Part shown: piece by piece, positions 1-7,561 of the stretch | Numbering within the stretch: the first letter of the stretch is position 1 | Layout of the letters: each line of letters opens with the position of its first letter | Assembly: GCA_001770355.1 (NCBI GenBank) | Contig: MEQV01000279.1 | Span: 1-42,326 of the forward strand | Length of the DNA: 42,326 bases | Origin: Betaproteobacteria bacterium RIFCSPLOWO2_02_FULL_62_17 | GTDB lineage: Bacteria; Pseudomonadota; Gammaproteobacteria; Burkholderiales; SG8-39 | Reading direction: 5' to 3' | Position numbers and translations under genes: made by a program | Notes under the pieces: model-generated | Told to the model about the DNA's origin: nothing | Seen by the model: only the letters and a program-made list of their open reading frames with translations | Databases searched by the model: none

Positions 1-590
1 GTGTCGCCGCTGCGCGTCACCGTGAAGGTGACCTGGCCGCCCTCGGTCACCGTCGTCGGACTGGGCGTCAGACTATAGGTGGTCGCCAAGGTGTACTGGT
101 AATTTGCTTCTTGGGCCGGATCGAATGCGGAAAGCGCTTCAATTGATCCTGTCGCCGATTCCAACGTCCAATCCCCGCCGACCGCTGTGGCTCCGGTAAT
201 ATCGGTGGATGCAGCCACATCTGCGCCTGTGGCTAACGCAAGCTGCTCCACGAAACGTTCTCCAGTTGTCCCGCTCGCGACATCACATCCGTAAAGCAAT
301 ATGTCCCCAAACTCGGAGAGCGCGGCGCCGATGCCGGAGAGTTGGTTCTCGTATTGCGGGAGCGTAGCTTCGCTAAGGACAGTTGACCCCAGATAAAGTG
401 CGCCCTCCGAGCCATGCGACAGGATGTGAATCGAATCAATGTCGCTTCGATCTTCAAGCGCTTCGGCAATCTGCACCACGCCGTCCTGGTCGGGGTCTAG
501 CAGGACGACCTCGATACTTGGGTCAAGCGCGGCGACGAGCAGCTCCCAGTCGGCAAGGTGCGTATCGATGAAGGCGATCTCGCGTGGCAT
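1..590 (-). CDS. Large secreted repeat protein, N-terminal DUF4347-like module (3' end runs off the window edge)
   Basis: Absent from the ORF track because no stop lies in the window. I checked the minus frame codon by codon from ATG (complement of cat 588-590, preceded by GGCGGAGGGAAG) down to base 3 and found no in-frame stop. Translation MPREIAFIDTHLADWELLVAALDPSIEVVLLDPDQDGVVQIAEALEDRSDIDSIHILSHGSEGALYLGSTVL... matches my memory of the DUF4347 N-terminal module of giant T1SS substrates. It lies directly downstream of the ABC and MFP genes on the same strand. Confidence 0.6.
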   Translation of the reverse strand, partial: MPREIAFIDTHLADWELLVAALDPSIEVVLLDPDQDGVVQIAEALEDRSDIDSIHILSHGSEGALYLGSTVLSEATLPQYENQLSGIGAALSEFGDILLYGCDVASGTTGERFVEQLALATGADVAASTDITGATAVGGDWTLESATGSIEALSAFDPAQEANYQYTLATTYSLTPSPTTVTEGGQVTFTVTRSGD

Positions 591-803
591 CTTCCCTCCG
601 CCAAGTATCAAAAGTAGCTTGCACGGACTCTACGCGCTATGTTGCATGGAAGGTTGCGCTACTCTTGTTCGCCATCAACCGGCGTACGTGACACCGGCGA
701 AAGCACGCTCGCAGACGCGGAGCGCGATGCCAGTCGCAGTTCTGGTCGTAATACTTTAGTAGGGGGTCGGCAGCGCCACCCCGCTCGCCTCACGCACCAA
801 CCC

Positions 804-2114
804 CTACAACGGCTCCCGCCCCGCCCTTCTCAGGTAATTCGTCACCGGCGCCAGCAGGTAATCGAGAACCGTCCTCTCGTCGGTGATGAAGAATACCTCT
901 GCCGGCATGCCCGCCTGCAGCTTGATTTCGGGGGCCTTCGCCAGTTCGGTCTCCGGGATCTCCACGTGCGCGACGAAGAACGACTGTCCCTGCCGCTGCT
1001 CGGTCAGCCGGTCGCCTGAGACGTAGGTCACGGCCCCCGTGAGCAGCGGCGTCGTGCGCTGCTTGTACGCGGTCAACCTGACGTTCGCGACGACGCCCGC
1101 CTTGAGGTAATTGATGTCCTCGGGCCGCACGTTCGCCTCGACGACGAGCTTGCGTTCGTCCGGCACGATCTCGGCGAGCACCTCCCGCGGCCCGATCACG
1201 GCGCCCGGCGTGAATACCTGCAGGTTCACCACCTCGCCCGCCGCGGGCGCGACGATCCTCTGCCGCTGCGCCGCGTCCTTGCTCGGCCGCAGGCGCTCCA
1301 GCAGATCCACGAGCTTGTCCGTGCTGTCCCGCAACTCCGCGGCGGCTTGCTTGCGGAAATCGTTCCCGAGGGACGAGGCGCGCAGCCGAAGCTCGACGCC
1401 GCGCTGCCGCGTCTTGGCGAGCTCCGCGGTCCGTTCCTCCATCCTCGAGGTGTATTCGGAGGTCGCGCGCTCGAGGGTCATGACGCGCGTCTTCTGCACG
1501 AAATTCTGCTTCGCCAGCTCCGCGTTCATGGCGAGCTCTTCCTTTTGCACCTCCAGCGCGCGCCGCTCGGCGGCGACCTGCCGCTCGAGCGCCGCGGCCT
1601 CGCGTTCCACCTCCAGGATCTGGCTCGCGAGATGCTTCAGCTCGCTCTCCAGCGCCGTGCGCCGGGTGGCATGCAGCGCGGTTTCGCGCTTCATGATTTC
1701 GGCCACCGCCGGTTCCCCGCCGCGCCTGACGAACTCGTCCGGAAACCGCAGCACCGCCGGATAGGCGCTCTCCGCATCGAGCCGCGAGCGCCGCGCCATC
1801 TCGGAGTCGGCGAGCTTCTGCAGCAGCACCGCCTGCGCGTCGACGCGCACATCTTCGAGCAGGATCAACGGCTGTCCCTGTGCAACGCGATCGCCGTTGC
1901 GCACCAGGATCTTGCTGACGAGGCCACCCTCCTGGTGCTGCACCACCTTTCGATTCAGATCCACCTTGACGAAGCCCGGCGCGATCACCGCGCCTGCCAC
2001 CGAGGCAATCGCCATCCAGCCGCCGCCGCCCACCAGGGCGAGGACACTTACGATCGCGCCGGCGCGAATCACGCCCGCGACCGGCGTCGCCGACCGGGTG
2101 TCGATCCTCAGCAT
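804..2114 (-). CDS. Type I secretion periplasmic adaptor (membrane fusion protein), HlyD family
   Basis: ORF track gives 804..2180 (-). I prefer the internal ATG at 2112-2114 (MLRIDTRS...), which lies 2 nt after the upstream ABC stop (tca 2117-2119). It has one N-terminal TM helix (AGAIVSVLALVGGGGWMAIASVAG), a long coiled-coil middle and a C-terminal barrel segment. This is typical HlyD/PrtE architecture and gene order. Confidence 0.85.
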   Translation of the reverse strand: MLRIDTRSATPVAGVIRAGAIVSVLALVGGGGWMAIASVAGAVIAPGFVKVDLNRKVVQHQEGGLVSKILVRNGDRVAQGQPLILLEDVRVDAQAVLLQKLADSEMARRSRLDAESAYPAVLRFPDEFVRRGGEPAVAEIMKRETALHATRRTALESELKHLASQILEVEREAAALERQVAAERRALEVQKEELAMNAELAKQNFVQKTRVMTLERATSEYTSRMEERTAELAKTRQRGVELRLRASSLGNDFRKQAAAELRDSTDKLVDLLERLRPSKDAAQRQRIVAPAAGEVVNLQVFTPGAVIGPREVLAEIVPDERKLVVEANVRPEDINYLKAGVVANVRLTAYKQRTTPLLTGAVTYVSGDRLTEQRQGQSFFVAHVEIPETELAKAPEIKLQAGMPAEVFFITDERTVLDYLLAPVTNYLRRAGREPL

Positions 2115-2116
2115 CG

Positions 2117-3817
2117 TCAGGTCGTCCCGCCGGTGTGGCCGGGCTCGACGCGCACCAGCCGCGGACCCTGAGAAAGCCACGCCAGCACTTCATCCCTCGG
2201 ACCGAAGCGCGCGATGGTGCCGTCGCGCATGACGAGCAGGCGGTCCACCACCGAAAGCAGCGCCGGGTGGTGTGTGATGAGAACGGTGGTGATCCCGTTC
2301 GTCTTCAGCCAGCGCAGCGCCTGCATCAGGGCGTGCTCGCCCGATGCGTCGAGGTTGGCGTTCGGCTCGTCGAGCACTGCGAAGCGCAGATCGACGTACA
2401 GCGCCCGCGCAAGCGCCACGCGCTGGCGCTGACCGGGCGTGAGCAGCTCGCCCTCGGGCCCAACTTCCGCATCGTAGCCCTGCGGCAGCTGCAGGATCAT
2501 GTCGTGACAGCGCGCGCGCTGGGCCGCCGCAATCACCCGCGGGGAGTCCGGCGGCTCGAGACGCGCGATGTTTTCCGCCACGGTGCCCGAAAACAGCTCC
2601 ACGTCTTGCGGCACATAGCCGATGAAGCGGCCCAATTGTTCCCTTGGCCAGGTCGAAACGTCCGCGCCGTCGACCCGCACCGAGCCGATGCCGGGCTTCC
2701 ACAGCCCCACCATCAGGCGCGCCAGCGTGGTCTTGCCGGCGGCGCTCGGTCCGACCACCCCGAGCAGCTCGCCCGGCTCGATCGAAAAGGTCACGCCGTG
2801 CACCAGCGGCGCGTCACGCCCTGGCACCCGCAATCCCACCCCATCCACGGCGATACGCCCGGCAGGCGTCGGCAGTTCGAAGCTGGCCGCGGGCTCCGCA
2901 CCACGATCGACGACTCTGCGGAGCCGCTGCATCGCGCTCCAGGCATCCACGATCTGCCGCCAATTGCCCACCATCATTTCCACGGGCGCGAGCGCGCGCG
3001 AAAGCACGATGGTCGCCGCGATCATCGCCCCGGAGGTCACTTGCTGCTCGATCACGAGAAGCGCGCCTACCCCGAGCATCAGTACCTGCAGCGCCTGGCG
3101 CCAGAAGCGCGAGGCGCTGGCAATCGCGCCGCCGCGCTCGCTGATGAGGGCGAGCGCGCCGAACGATCTCTCGCTCAGATCGCGCCAGCGCGCCGCCACC
3201 GCGTGCTGCATCCCCATGGCCGCAACGGCCTCGGCGTTGCGCAGCGCAGCTTCGGCATAGCGCCCCGCGGCGCGCCCCTGCCCGCGAACCGCGTCGATCG
3301 CGCGGCGCGAGACGCGCTCGTTCGCCACCGCCAGCAGCACCAGCACGAGTGCCCCCACCACGGAAACGATGCCGAGCACCGGGTGAAACAGGAAGATCAG
3401 CGCGACGAACAGGGGAAACCACGGCACGTCGTAGAGCAGGAACACGTTCGGGCTGGTGAGAAAGGTTTTCACCATCGCGAAATCGCCGAGTCCGGCGGCG
3501 AAGTCGCCGCGCGCGCCGCGGGAGCGCTCGGTCACCAGGCGCGCCAGCAGGTCCGGCCCGTAGGCGCGGTCGAGCACGATCGCCGCCCCGGTCAGCAGGC
3601 GCGCGCGGAAAGCGTCCAGCAGCGCCGAGACCGCGAGCGCCGCGAGCGCCCCGAAGGTGAGGACCCAGAGCGTCTCCTCGTGCCGGGTCGTCAGCACGCG
3701 GTCGTACACCTGCAGCATGTAGAGCGGCGGCACCAGCAGGACGAAGTTGACGATGACGCTGAACAGCGCCGCCGCGAGCACCATCGGTCGTAGCGCCTGC
3801 CAGAAACTGCTCTTCAA
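2117..3817 (-). CDS. Type I secretion system ABC permease/ATPase, PrtD-type (no C39 peptidase domain)
   Basis: 566 aa with an N-terminal multi-TM domain. Walker A GPSAAGKTT, ABC signature LTPGQRQRVALARAL, Walker B FAVLDEPNANLD. The size and lack of an N-terminal peptidase domain fit the PrtD/AprD class. Confidence 0.85.
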   Translation of the reverse strand: MKSSFWQALRPMVLAAALFSVIVNFVLLVPPLYMLQVYDRVLTTRHEETLWVLTFGALAALAVSALLDAFRARLLTGAAIVLDRAYGPDLLARLVTERSRGARGDFAAGLGDFAMVKTFLTSPNVFLLYDVPWFPLFVALIFLFHPVLGIVSVVGALVLVLLAVANERVSRRAIDAVRGQGRAAGRYAEAALRNAEAVAAMGMQHAVAARWRDLSERSFGALALISERGGAIASASRFWRQALQVLMLGVGALLVIEQQVTSGAMIAATIVLSRALAPVEMMVGNWRQIVDAWSAMQRLRRVVDRGAEPAASFELPTPAGRIAVDGVGLRVPGRDAPLVHGVTFSIEPGELLGVVGPSAAGKTTLARLMVGLWKPGIGSVRVDGADVSTWPREQLGRFIGYVPQDVELFSGTVAENIARLEPPDSPRVIAAAQRARCHDMILQLPQGYDAEVGPEGELLTPGQRQRVALARALYVDLRFAVLDEPNANLDASGEHALMQALRWLKTNGITTVLITHHPALLSVVDRLLVMRDGTIARFGPRDEVLAWLSQGPRLVRVEPGHTGGTT

Positions 3818-3950
3818 GCCACCCTCCCTCGGCGGTGCCCTATGTTAACCCGCGAAGGGTGACCCGGATCAAATCTGTAGCCGATCTGTAAGCCCCCGGT
3901 CTCCCGCGATGTGGATAATTTGATCCGGGGCGCCCTGCAGGAGCGAATTC

Positions 3951-5042
3951 ATGGCACTCGTCGAGTTCGGCAGTGTGGCCGCGGACATGCGGCTTACCGA
4001 GGATTCCTACGGCATCGCGGCCCTGCAGGCGTTCGATGCGTTCTTGACGGGATTCGTCGCGGTTCGCGAGGAAATCGTCGGCACCCCGACGCCCTCGACG
4101 GCGGTCCTGCGCCAGTACGACGCCGGCGGCAATTACGTCACCATCACCGTCAACGGCGATCTCGTCGCCGGGCAGGTCGGCTCGTTCGCGGTGGAGGCGG
4201 CCGGGGTCGTCGAAACCGTCTACGGCAGCTTCACGATCGACACGACGACCTACGACATCAGCGGCACCGCGACCGAGGTGCGCGCGAGCCTGATCGCGGG
4301 CAACGCCCTCCTCGTGCGATTCGCCGGCTTGAGCGTGGCGGTCGATAACGGTCTGCCGGACCTGCCCACCGATGACCTCCTGCTCGCGGGCGCGGACAGC
4401 CTTACGGCAGGCGGCGACAACCAGTACCTGCTGGGCTACGCCGGCAACGACACCATGACGGGCGGCGCAGGCAACGACACGCTCGACGGCGGTGCGGGTG
4501 CCGACATGGCGACGTTCTCGGGCGCGGTGGCGCAGTACGCGTTCATCGGCCATCTAGGCGCGATCTACGTAGCCGACCGCGTCGCCGGGCGCGACGGCGT
4601 CGATCGGTTGCAGCAGGCCGAGTCGCTCCATTTCGCCGGCGACGGCAGCCATGCCGCGCTGGGTTCGCTCGATGCCTTCTCTTCGTTGCAATACATCGCT
4701 TCTTACGTCGATCTGATCGCGGCGTTCGGCGCCGATGCCGACGCGGGGTTCGCGCATTTGGTGGATTACGGCAGATTCGAGGGGCGGACTGCGACTTTCG
4801 ATGGGCTCGCCTACATCGCCTCTTACGGCGACTTGATCAATGCGTTCGGGGCGAACGCCGCGGCGGGCGCGAGCCACTACATCAGCTTCGGCCGGAACGA
4901 AGGCCGCACCGAGCACTTCGACCCGGTGCAATACCTTGCGAACTACCCTGACCTGCAGGCGGCCTTCGGCACTAACACGGAACTAGCCACCATCCACTTC
5001 ATCCAGTACGGCTACGCCGAAGGGCGCTCGGATGAGGGATGA
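3951..5042 (+). CDS. Small secreted calcium-binding (RTX-like) protein with three C-terminal 38-aa tandem repeats
   Basis: 363 aa. It has a glycine-rich nonapeptide block GGDNQYLLGYAGNDTMTGGAGNDTLDGGAGAD (nt about 4407-4508). No N-terminal signal peptide is obvious. It is transcribed divergently from the T1SS ABC gene. Confidence 0.6.
   Translation: MALVEFGSVAADMRLTEDSYGIAALQAFDAFLTGFVAVREEIVGTPTPSTAVLRQYDAGGNYVTITVNGDLVAGQVGSFAVEAAGVVETVYGSFTIDTTTYDISGTATEVRASLIAGNALLVRFAGLSVAVDNGLPDLPTDDLLLAGADSLTAGGDNQYLLGYAGNDTMTGGAGNDTLDGGAGADMATFSGAVAQYAFIGHLGAIYVADRVAGRDGVDRLQQAESLHFAGDGSHAALGSLDAFSSLQYIASYVDLIAAFGADADAGFAHLVDYGRFEGRTATFDGLAYIASYGDLINAFGANAAAGASHYISFGRNEGRTEHFDPVQYLANYPDLQAAFGTNTELATIHFIQYGYAEGRSDEG
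4686..5030 (+). repeat. Three tandem ~38-codon repeats inside the RTX-like CDS
   Basis: LQYIASYVDLIAAFGADADAGFAHLVDYGRFEGRTATFDG / LAYIASYGDLINAFGANAAAGASHYISFGRNEGRTEHFDP / VQYLANYPDLQAAFGTNTELATIHFIQYGYAEGRS. Consensus Y(I/L)AxYxDLxxAFGxNxxxxxxH(Y/F)xxxGxxEGR. Confidence 0.8.
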
Positions 5043-5150
5043 GCACCCGCCCGCCGCGAGGATCGCAACCCGTTCACCGCAGTCACTGAAGCGCACCGCG
5101 CGTTCCGGGGCATGCGTCAGAAATCCAACCTCGTATGGCGAACCAGGAAA

Positions 5151-5423
5151 TCAGACTCCGTGACTTGCCAACGCTCGCCGTTGCGCCTGCTGCAACCGGG
5201 CAACCGCAGCATCCAACGCCGATGGCAGCGGTTCCGAACTGCAGTTGGAGAGGAACGCTTGCCGTGGATCGCGCACCGCCCACACATAGGCGGCGCCGGG
5301 AAAGGCTTCGATCAGGGCGCGAATCCGGAAGGTGTGATTGGGAGACGTGAGCAACAGCCGCCCTGCTCTGCCACCGGCCACGCCGGCCAGAAACTCACGA
5401 AAGGTTGTCGATCGCCAATCCAT
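5151..5423 (-). pseudogene. Sulfotransferase-family gene fragment (direct-repeat copy 1)
   Basis: Translation ...GRAGRLLLTSPNHTFRIRALIEAFPGAAYVWAVRDPRQAF... resembles the (L)KSPxHTxRIxxLxxxFPxAxF(I/V)xxVRDP core of Sulfotransfer_3-type proteins. Only about 90 aa remain and the N-terminal part is absent. The DNA at 5147-5387 is repeated at 6160-6494. Confidence 0.45.
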
Positions 5424-5477
5424 TCATGGGGCGGATCAATTGGTTGCCGGAGGCCGGTGAATATCCGGAAGCGGCGA

Positions 5478-5892
5478 TCAGCCCCTGCCGCCCGGAATGA
5501 CCGTGAATCTGGACCGGTCCGGCAGGCGGTAAACCATGAAGTCGCGGTCCACTGTCCAGATCTCCCGCATCTCGGTACGCCAGGCGGCGTAGAGCAACGA
5601 CGCATCGGCGAAATCGCACGGCGGGTCGGCGTATTTGGCCATCCAGCCACGCATGAGTTCCAGCCCGTCGTCGATCGATACAATACGGGTGTCCGTATCA
5701 GCGACCCAATCCAGCACCAGCCTCTGGCGACGCGCGCCAAGCAGGGCACAGGCCTCGGCAAATAACCGCCCAGGTCGTAAGCCACGTTCCTTCGAAACCC
5801 GCGACGAGCGCCGCAATTGCTGCATGATGCCGATCGCGCCGATTGAGCAGCGCTACGATCGCGCCGGCGTCAACGAGGACGCTATTTCGCAC
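5478..5892 (-). pseudogene. PIN-domain (VapC-like) toxin gene interrupted by a single frameshift
   Basis: The N-terminal frame (5698..5892) gives MRNSVLVDAGAIVALLNRRDRHH...LTTWAVI. The C-terminal frame (5478..5825) continues ...AEACALLG...FADASLLYAAW...WTVDRDFMVYR. Joined, they give the four PIN acidic positions (VDAG, AEAC, DASL, DRDF). The frames switch around 5757-5768 (minus strand ggttatttgcc). Confidence 0.6.
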
Positions 5893-6070
5893 CGAGGGCG
5901 CGACGGATGTACTTCCTGCGGTGCTGCGCGAGATCCACAGGGCCCTCCAGGCAGCCTACGAGACCAAGACGCTTCGCCACCTCGAAGTGCGTCCCCTTGA
6001 CCCGGCCGGCCTTGGGCAACGTGGACGTTTTCACGGCGAACTCCAGAATTGATTCGACTCGAGCAGGCAT
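5882..6070 (-). CDS. Putative antitoxin of the PIN module
   Basis: Taken from the internal ATG at 6068-6070 (MPARVESILEFAVKTS...), preceded by GGAGAG. It is 62 aa, and its 3' end overlaps the PIN start (5890-5892) by 11 nt, a typical TA arrangement. The family is not confidently recognised. Confidence 0.45.
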   Translation of the reverse strand: MPARVESILEFAVKTSTLPKAGRVKGTHFEVAKRLGLVGCLEGPVDLAQHRRKYIRRALGAK

Positions 6071-6164
6071 TGTAACTCTCCAAGCTCCGCAAGACGTGGG
6101 AAGAAGCGGCCCCATTCGTCAAGACACCCCGCCGGGATCCATCAGTGCAGTCGCTGCAAGAAAC

Positions 6165-6515
6165 TCAGACTCCGTGACTTGCCAACGCCCGCCGTTGCGC
6201 CTCCTGCAACCGGACGAGCGCAGCCTCCAGCGCCGCTGGCAGTGGTTCCGAATACGCGTCGGCGCGAACCGCGTCCCTGCCACCGCCGCCGCCTTGATGG
6301 CCTCCTGCGCCGCATCCGGATCGAACAGCCGCAGCCGGCGATTGACGGCGGTTGGAGAAGAACACCTGCCGTGGATCGCGCACTGCCCACACATAGGCGG
6401 CGCCGGGGAATGCCTCGATCAGGGCGCGAATCCGGAAGGTGTGATTGGGAGATTTGAGCAGCAGCCGCCCTGCTCTGCCGCCGGCCACGCCGGCTTCGTT
6501 CTCGAGCGTGCACAA
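6165..6515 (-). pseudogene. Sulfotransferase-family gene fragment (direct-repeat copy 2, with about 94 extra bp)
   Basis: ...GRAGRLLLKSPNHTFRIRALIEAFPGAAYVWAVRDPRQVF..., nearly the same peptide as copy 1. The middle stretch translates poorly in this frame, so it is probably frameshifted. The N-terminal part of the gene is absent. Confidence 0.45.
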
Positions 6516-6563
6516 ACGGGCGGGGGGGCGGGACAGTTGGCGGGGCGGTGGCCGAACCGGCGC

Positions 6564-6938
6564 TTACTTGCGCTTGATCAGGAACTCCTCGCGTTGCGCG
6601 CCGGCCTTTTCCTTCTCCGCTAGCCACTTCGGAGTCAACCCCCTCCCCGACCACGTCGCGCCGGACTGAGGATCCTTGTATTTCGGTGCTACCTTGCGCT
6701 TCGCGGCCTTCTTCTTCGGCTTCGCCGCTTTCTTGCCTGCCGGCCGTCCCGGTTTCGCTCCGCTCCCGCCGCCCCTACGCTTTCTCCCCGGCGCCTGCAA
6801 TTCATCGAGCGTAATGCCGTAGTCGGCCATTTTCTGACGAATGTCCGTGATCACCGCGCCTACTTCCTTGCGACGCCGTTTCGCGGCCAAGGTCTGCAGG
6901 CGATTAATTTCGCCAAGAAGATTCTTGTAGGTTTTCAT
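6564..6938 (-). CDS. H-NS family nucleoid-associated protein
   Basis: Taken from the internal ATG at 6936-6938 (MKTYKNLLGEINRLQTLAAKRRR...), with a GGGGAGGGGAG RBS upstream. It has an N-terminal coiled-coil, a K/A/P-rich linker, and the C-terminal motif PKYKDPQSGATWSGRGLTPKWL typical of H-NS/BpH3-like DNA-binding domains. Confidence 0.8.
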   Translation of the reverse strand: MKTYKNLLGEINRLQTLAAKRRRKEVGAVITDIRQKMADYGITLDELQAPGRKRRGGGSGAKPGRPAGKKAAKPKKKAAKRKVAPKYKDPQSGATWSGRGLTPKWLAEKEKAGAQREEFLIKRK

Positions 6939-7051
6939 GCTCCCCTCCCCAAAGGTCAGTAGGCGGCGCCGGTCAGTCAAATTCTACCGCGCGCCCATTT
7001 TCTCCGAAGCAGCCAATTCGGTTGTTGCTCTCGGCCGCGACAATCGCTAAT

Positions 7052-7429
7052 ATGCTCCGTTCATCGATTGAACGTCCCTCTCAAGTCCACGTGTCCTCGC
7101 ACGAAGAAGCCCACCTCCGCATTTTGAACATCGTCAGCGAGCAACCGGAGATCAGCCAGCGCCAATTGGCGGCACGACTGGGTGTCAGCCTTGGCAAGAC
7201 CAATTTTCTGCTGAAGGCGCTGCTCCAAAAGGGATTGATCAAGGCTGGTGACTTCCGACGGGCGCAAAATAAGCTCCATTACATGTACCTTCTGACGCCC
7301 AAGGGCATTGGACAGAAGGTGCATATGACCCGCGCCTACCTCGCCCGCAAGGAGGCGGAATACGAGGCACTGAAGGCCGAAATCCAATCGCTCAAGCGAG
7401 GAATGAATCCCACCGATGAGTTGTACTGA
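7052..7429 (+). CDS. MarR-family EPS-associated transcriptional regulator
   Basis: ...HLRILNIVSEQPEISQRQLAARLGVSLGKTNFLLKALLQKGLIKAGDFRRAQNKLHYMYLLTPKGIGQKVHMTRAYLARKEAEYEALKAEIQSLK. This matches my memory of the TIGR04176-type winged-helix regulators found at the head of EPS loci. The start is uncertain (TTG 7022 or ATG 7052). Confidence 0.75.
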   Translation: MLRSSIERPSQVHVSSHEEAHLRILNIVSEQPEISQRQLAARLGVSLGKTNFLLKALLQKGLIKAGDFRRAQNKLHYMYLLTPKGIGQKVHMTRAYLARKEAEYEALKAEIQSLKRGMNPTDELY

Positions 7430-7561
7430 CAGTCGACGGCTCAATAATGTGATCGACAAGCTCGCGCAGAGCGGCCCGCGGACAGGGGAAAGGGTGGCAC
7501 AGACTGGTCCCCGATGCTCAAACTCGAGAGACGGTGCGGCGTCACGATCCGTAGATATTAG

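Noticed and set aside
233-469. 78-aa minus-strand ORF from the track at the left edge.
   Set aside because: It is out of frame with the DUF4347-like reading frame, which I verified by hand to be open from 590 to the window edge. Its sequence has no recognisable features.
790-3793. Very long alternative-frame or antisense ORFs across the T1SS genes (790..2193 -, 1347..2171 +, 2135..3793 +, 2190..2702 -, 2622..3260 +, and others).
   Set aside because: Their translations are Arg/Ala/Gly/Pro-rich low-complexity strings, typical of open non-coding frames in high-GC DNA. The overlapping frames encode clear HlyD and ABC proteins with canonical motifs.
3840-4553. 237-aa ORF antisense to the RTX-like gene.
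   Set aside because: It has the composition of a high-GC antisense artefact. The plus-strand frame carries RTX nonapeptides and ordered repeats.
7025-7053. Sigma70-like hexamers TTGCTC-N17-TAATAT upstream of, and overlapping, the marR-like start.
   Set aside because: The -10 element overlaps the ATG at 7052, which I favour as the start. It would therefore require a different start codon or a leaderless transcript. It cannot be supported from sequence alone.
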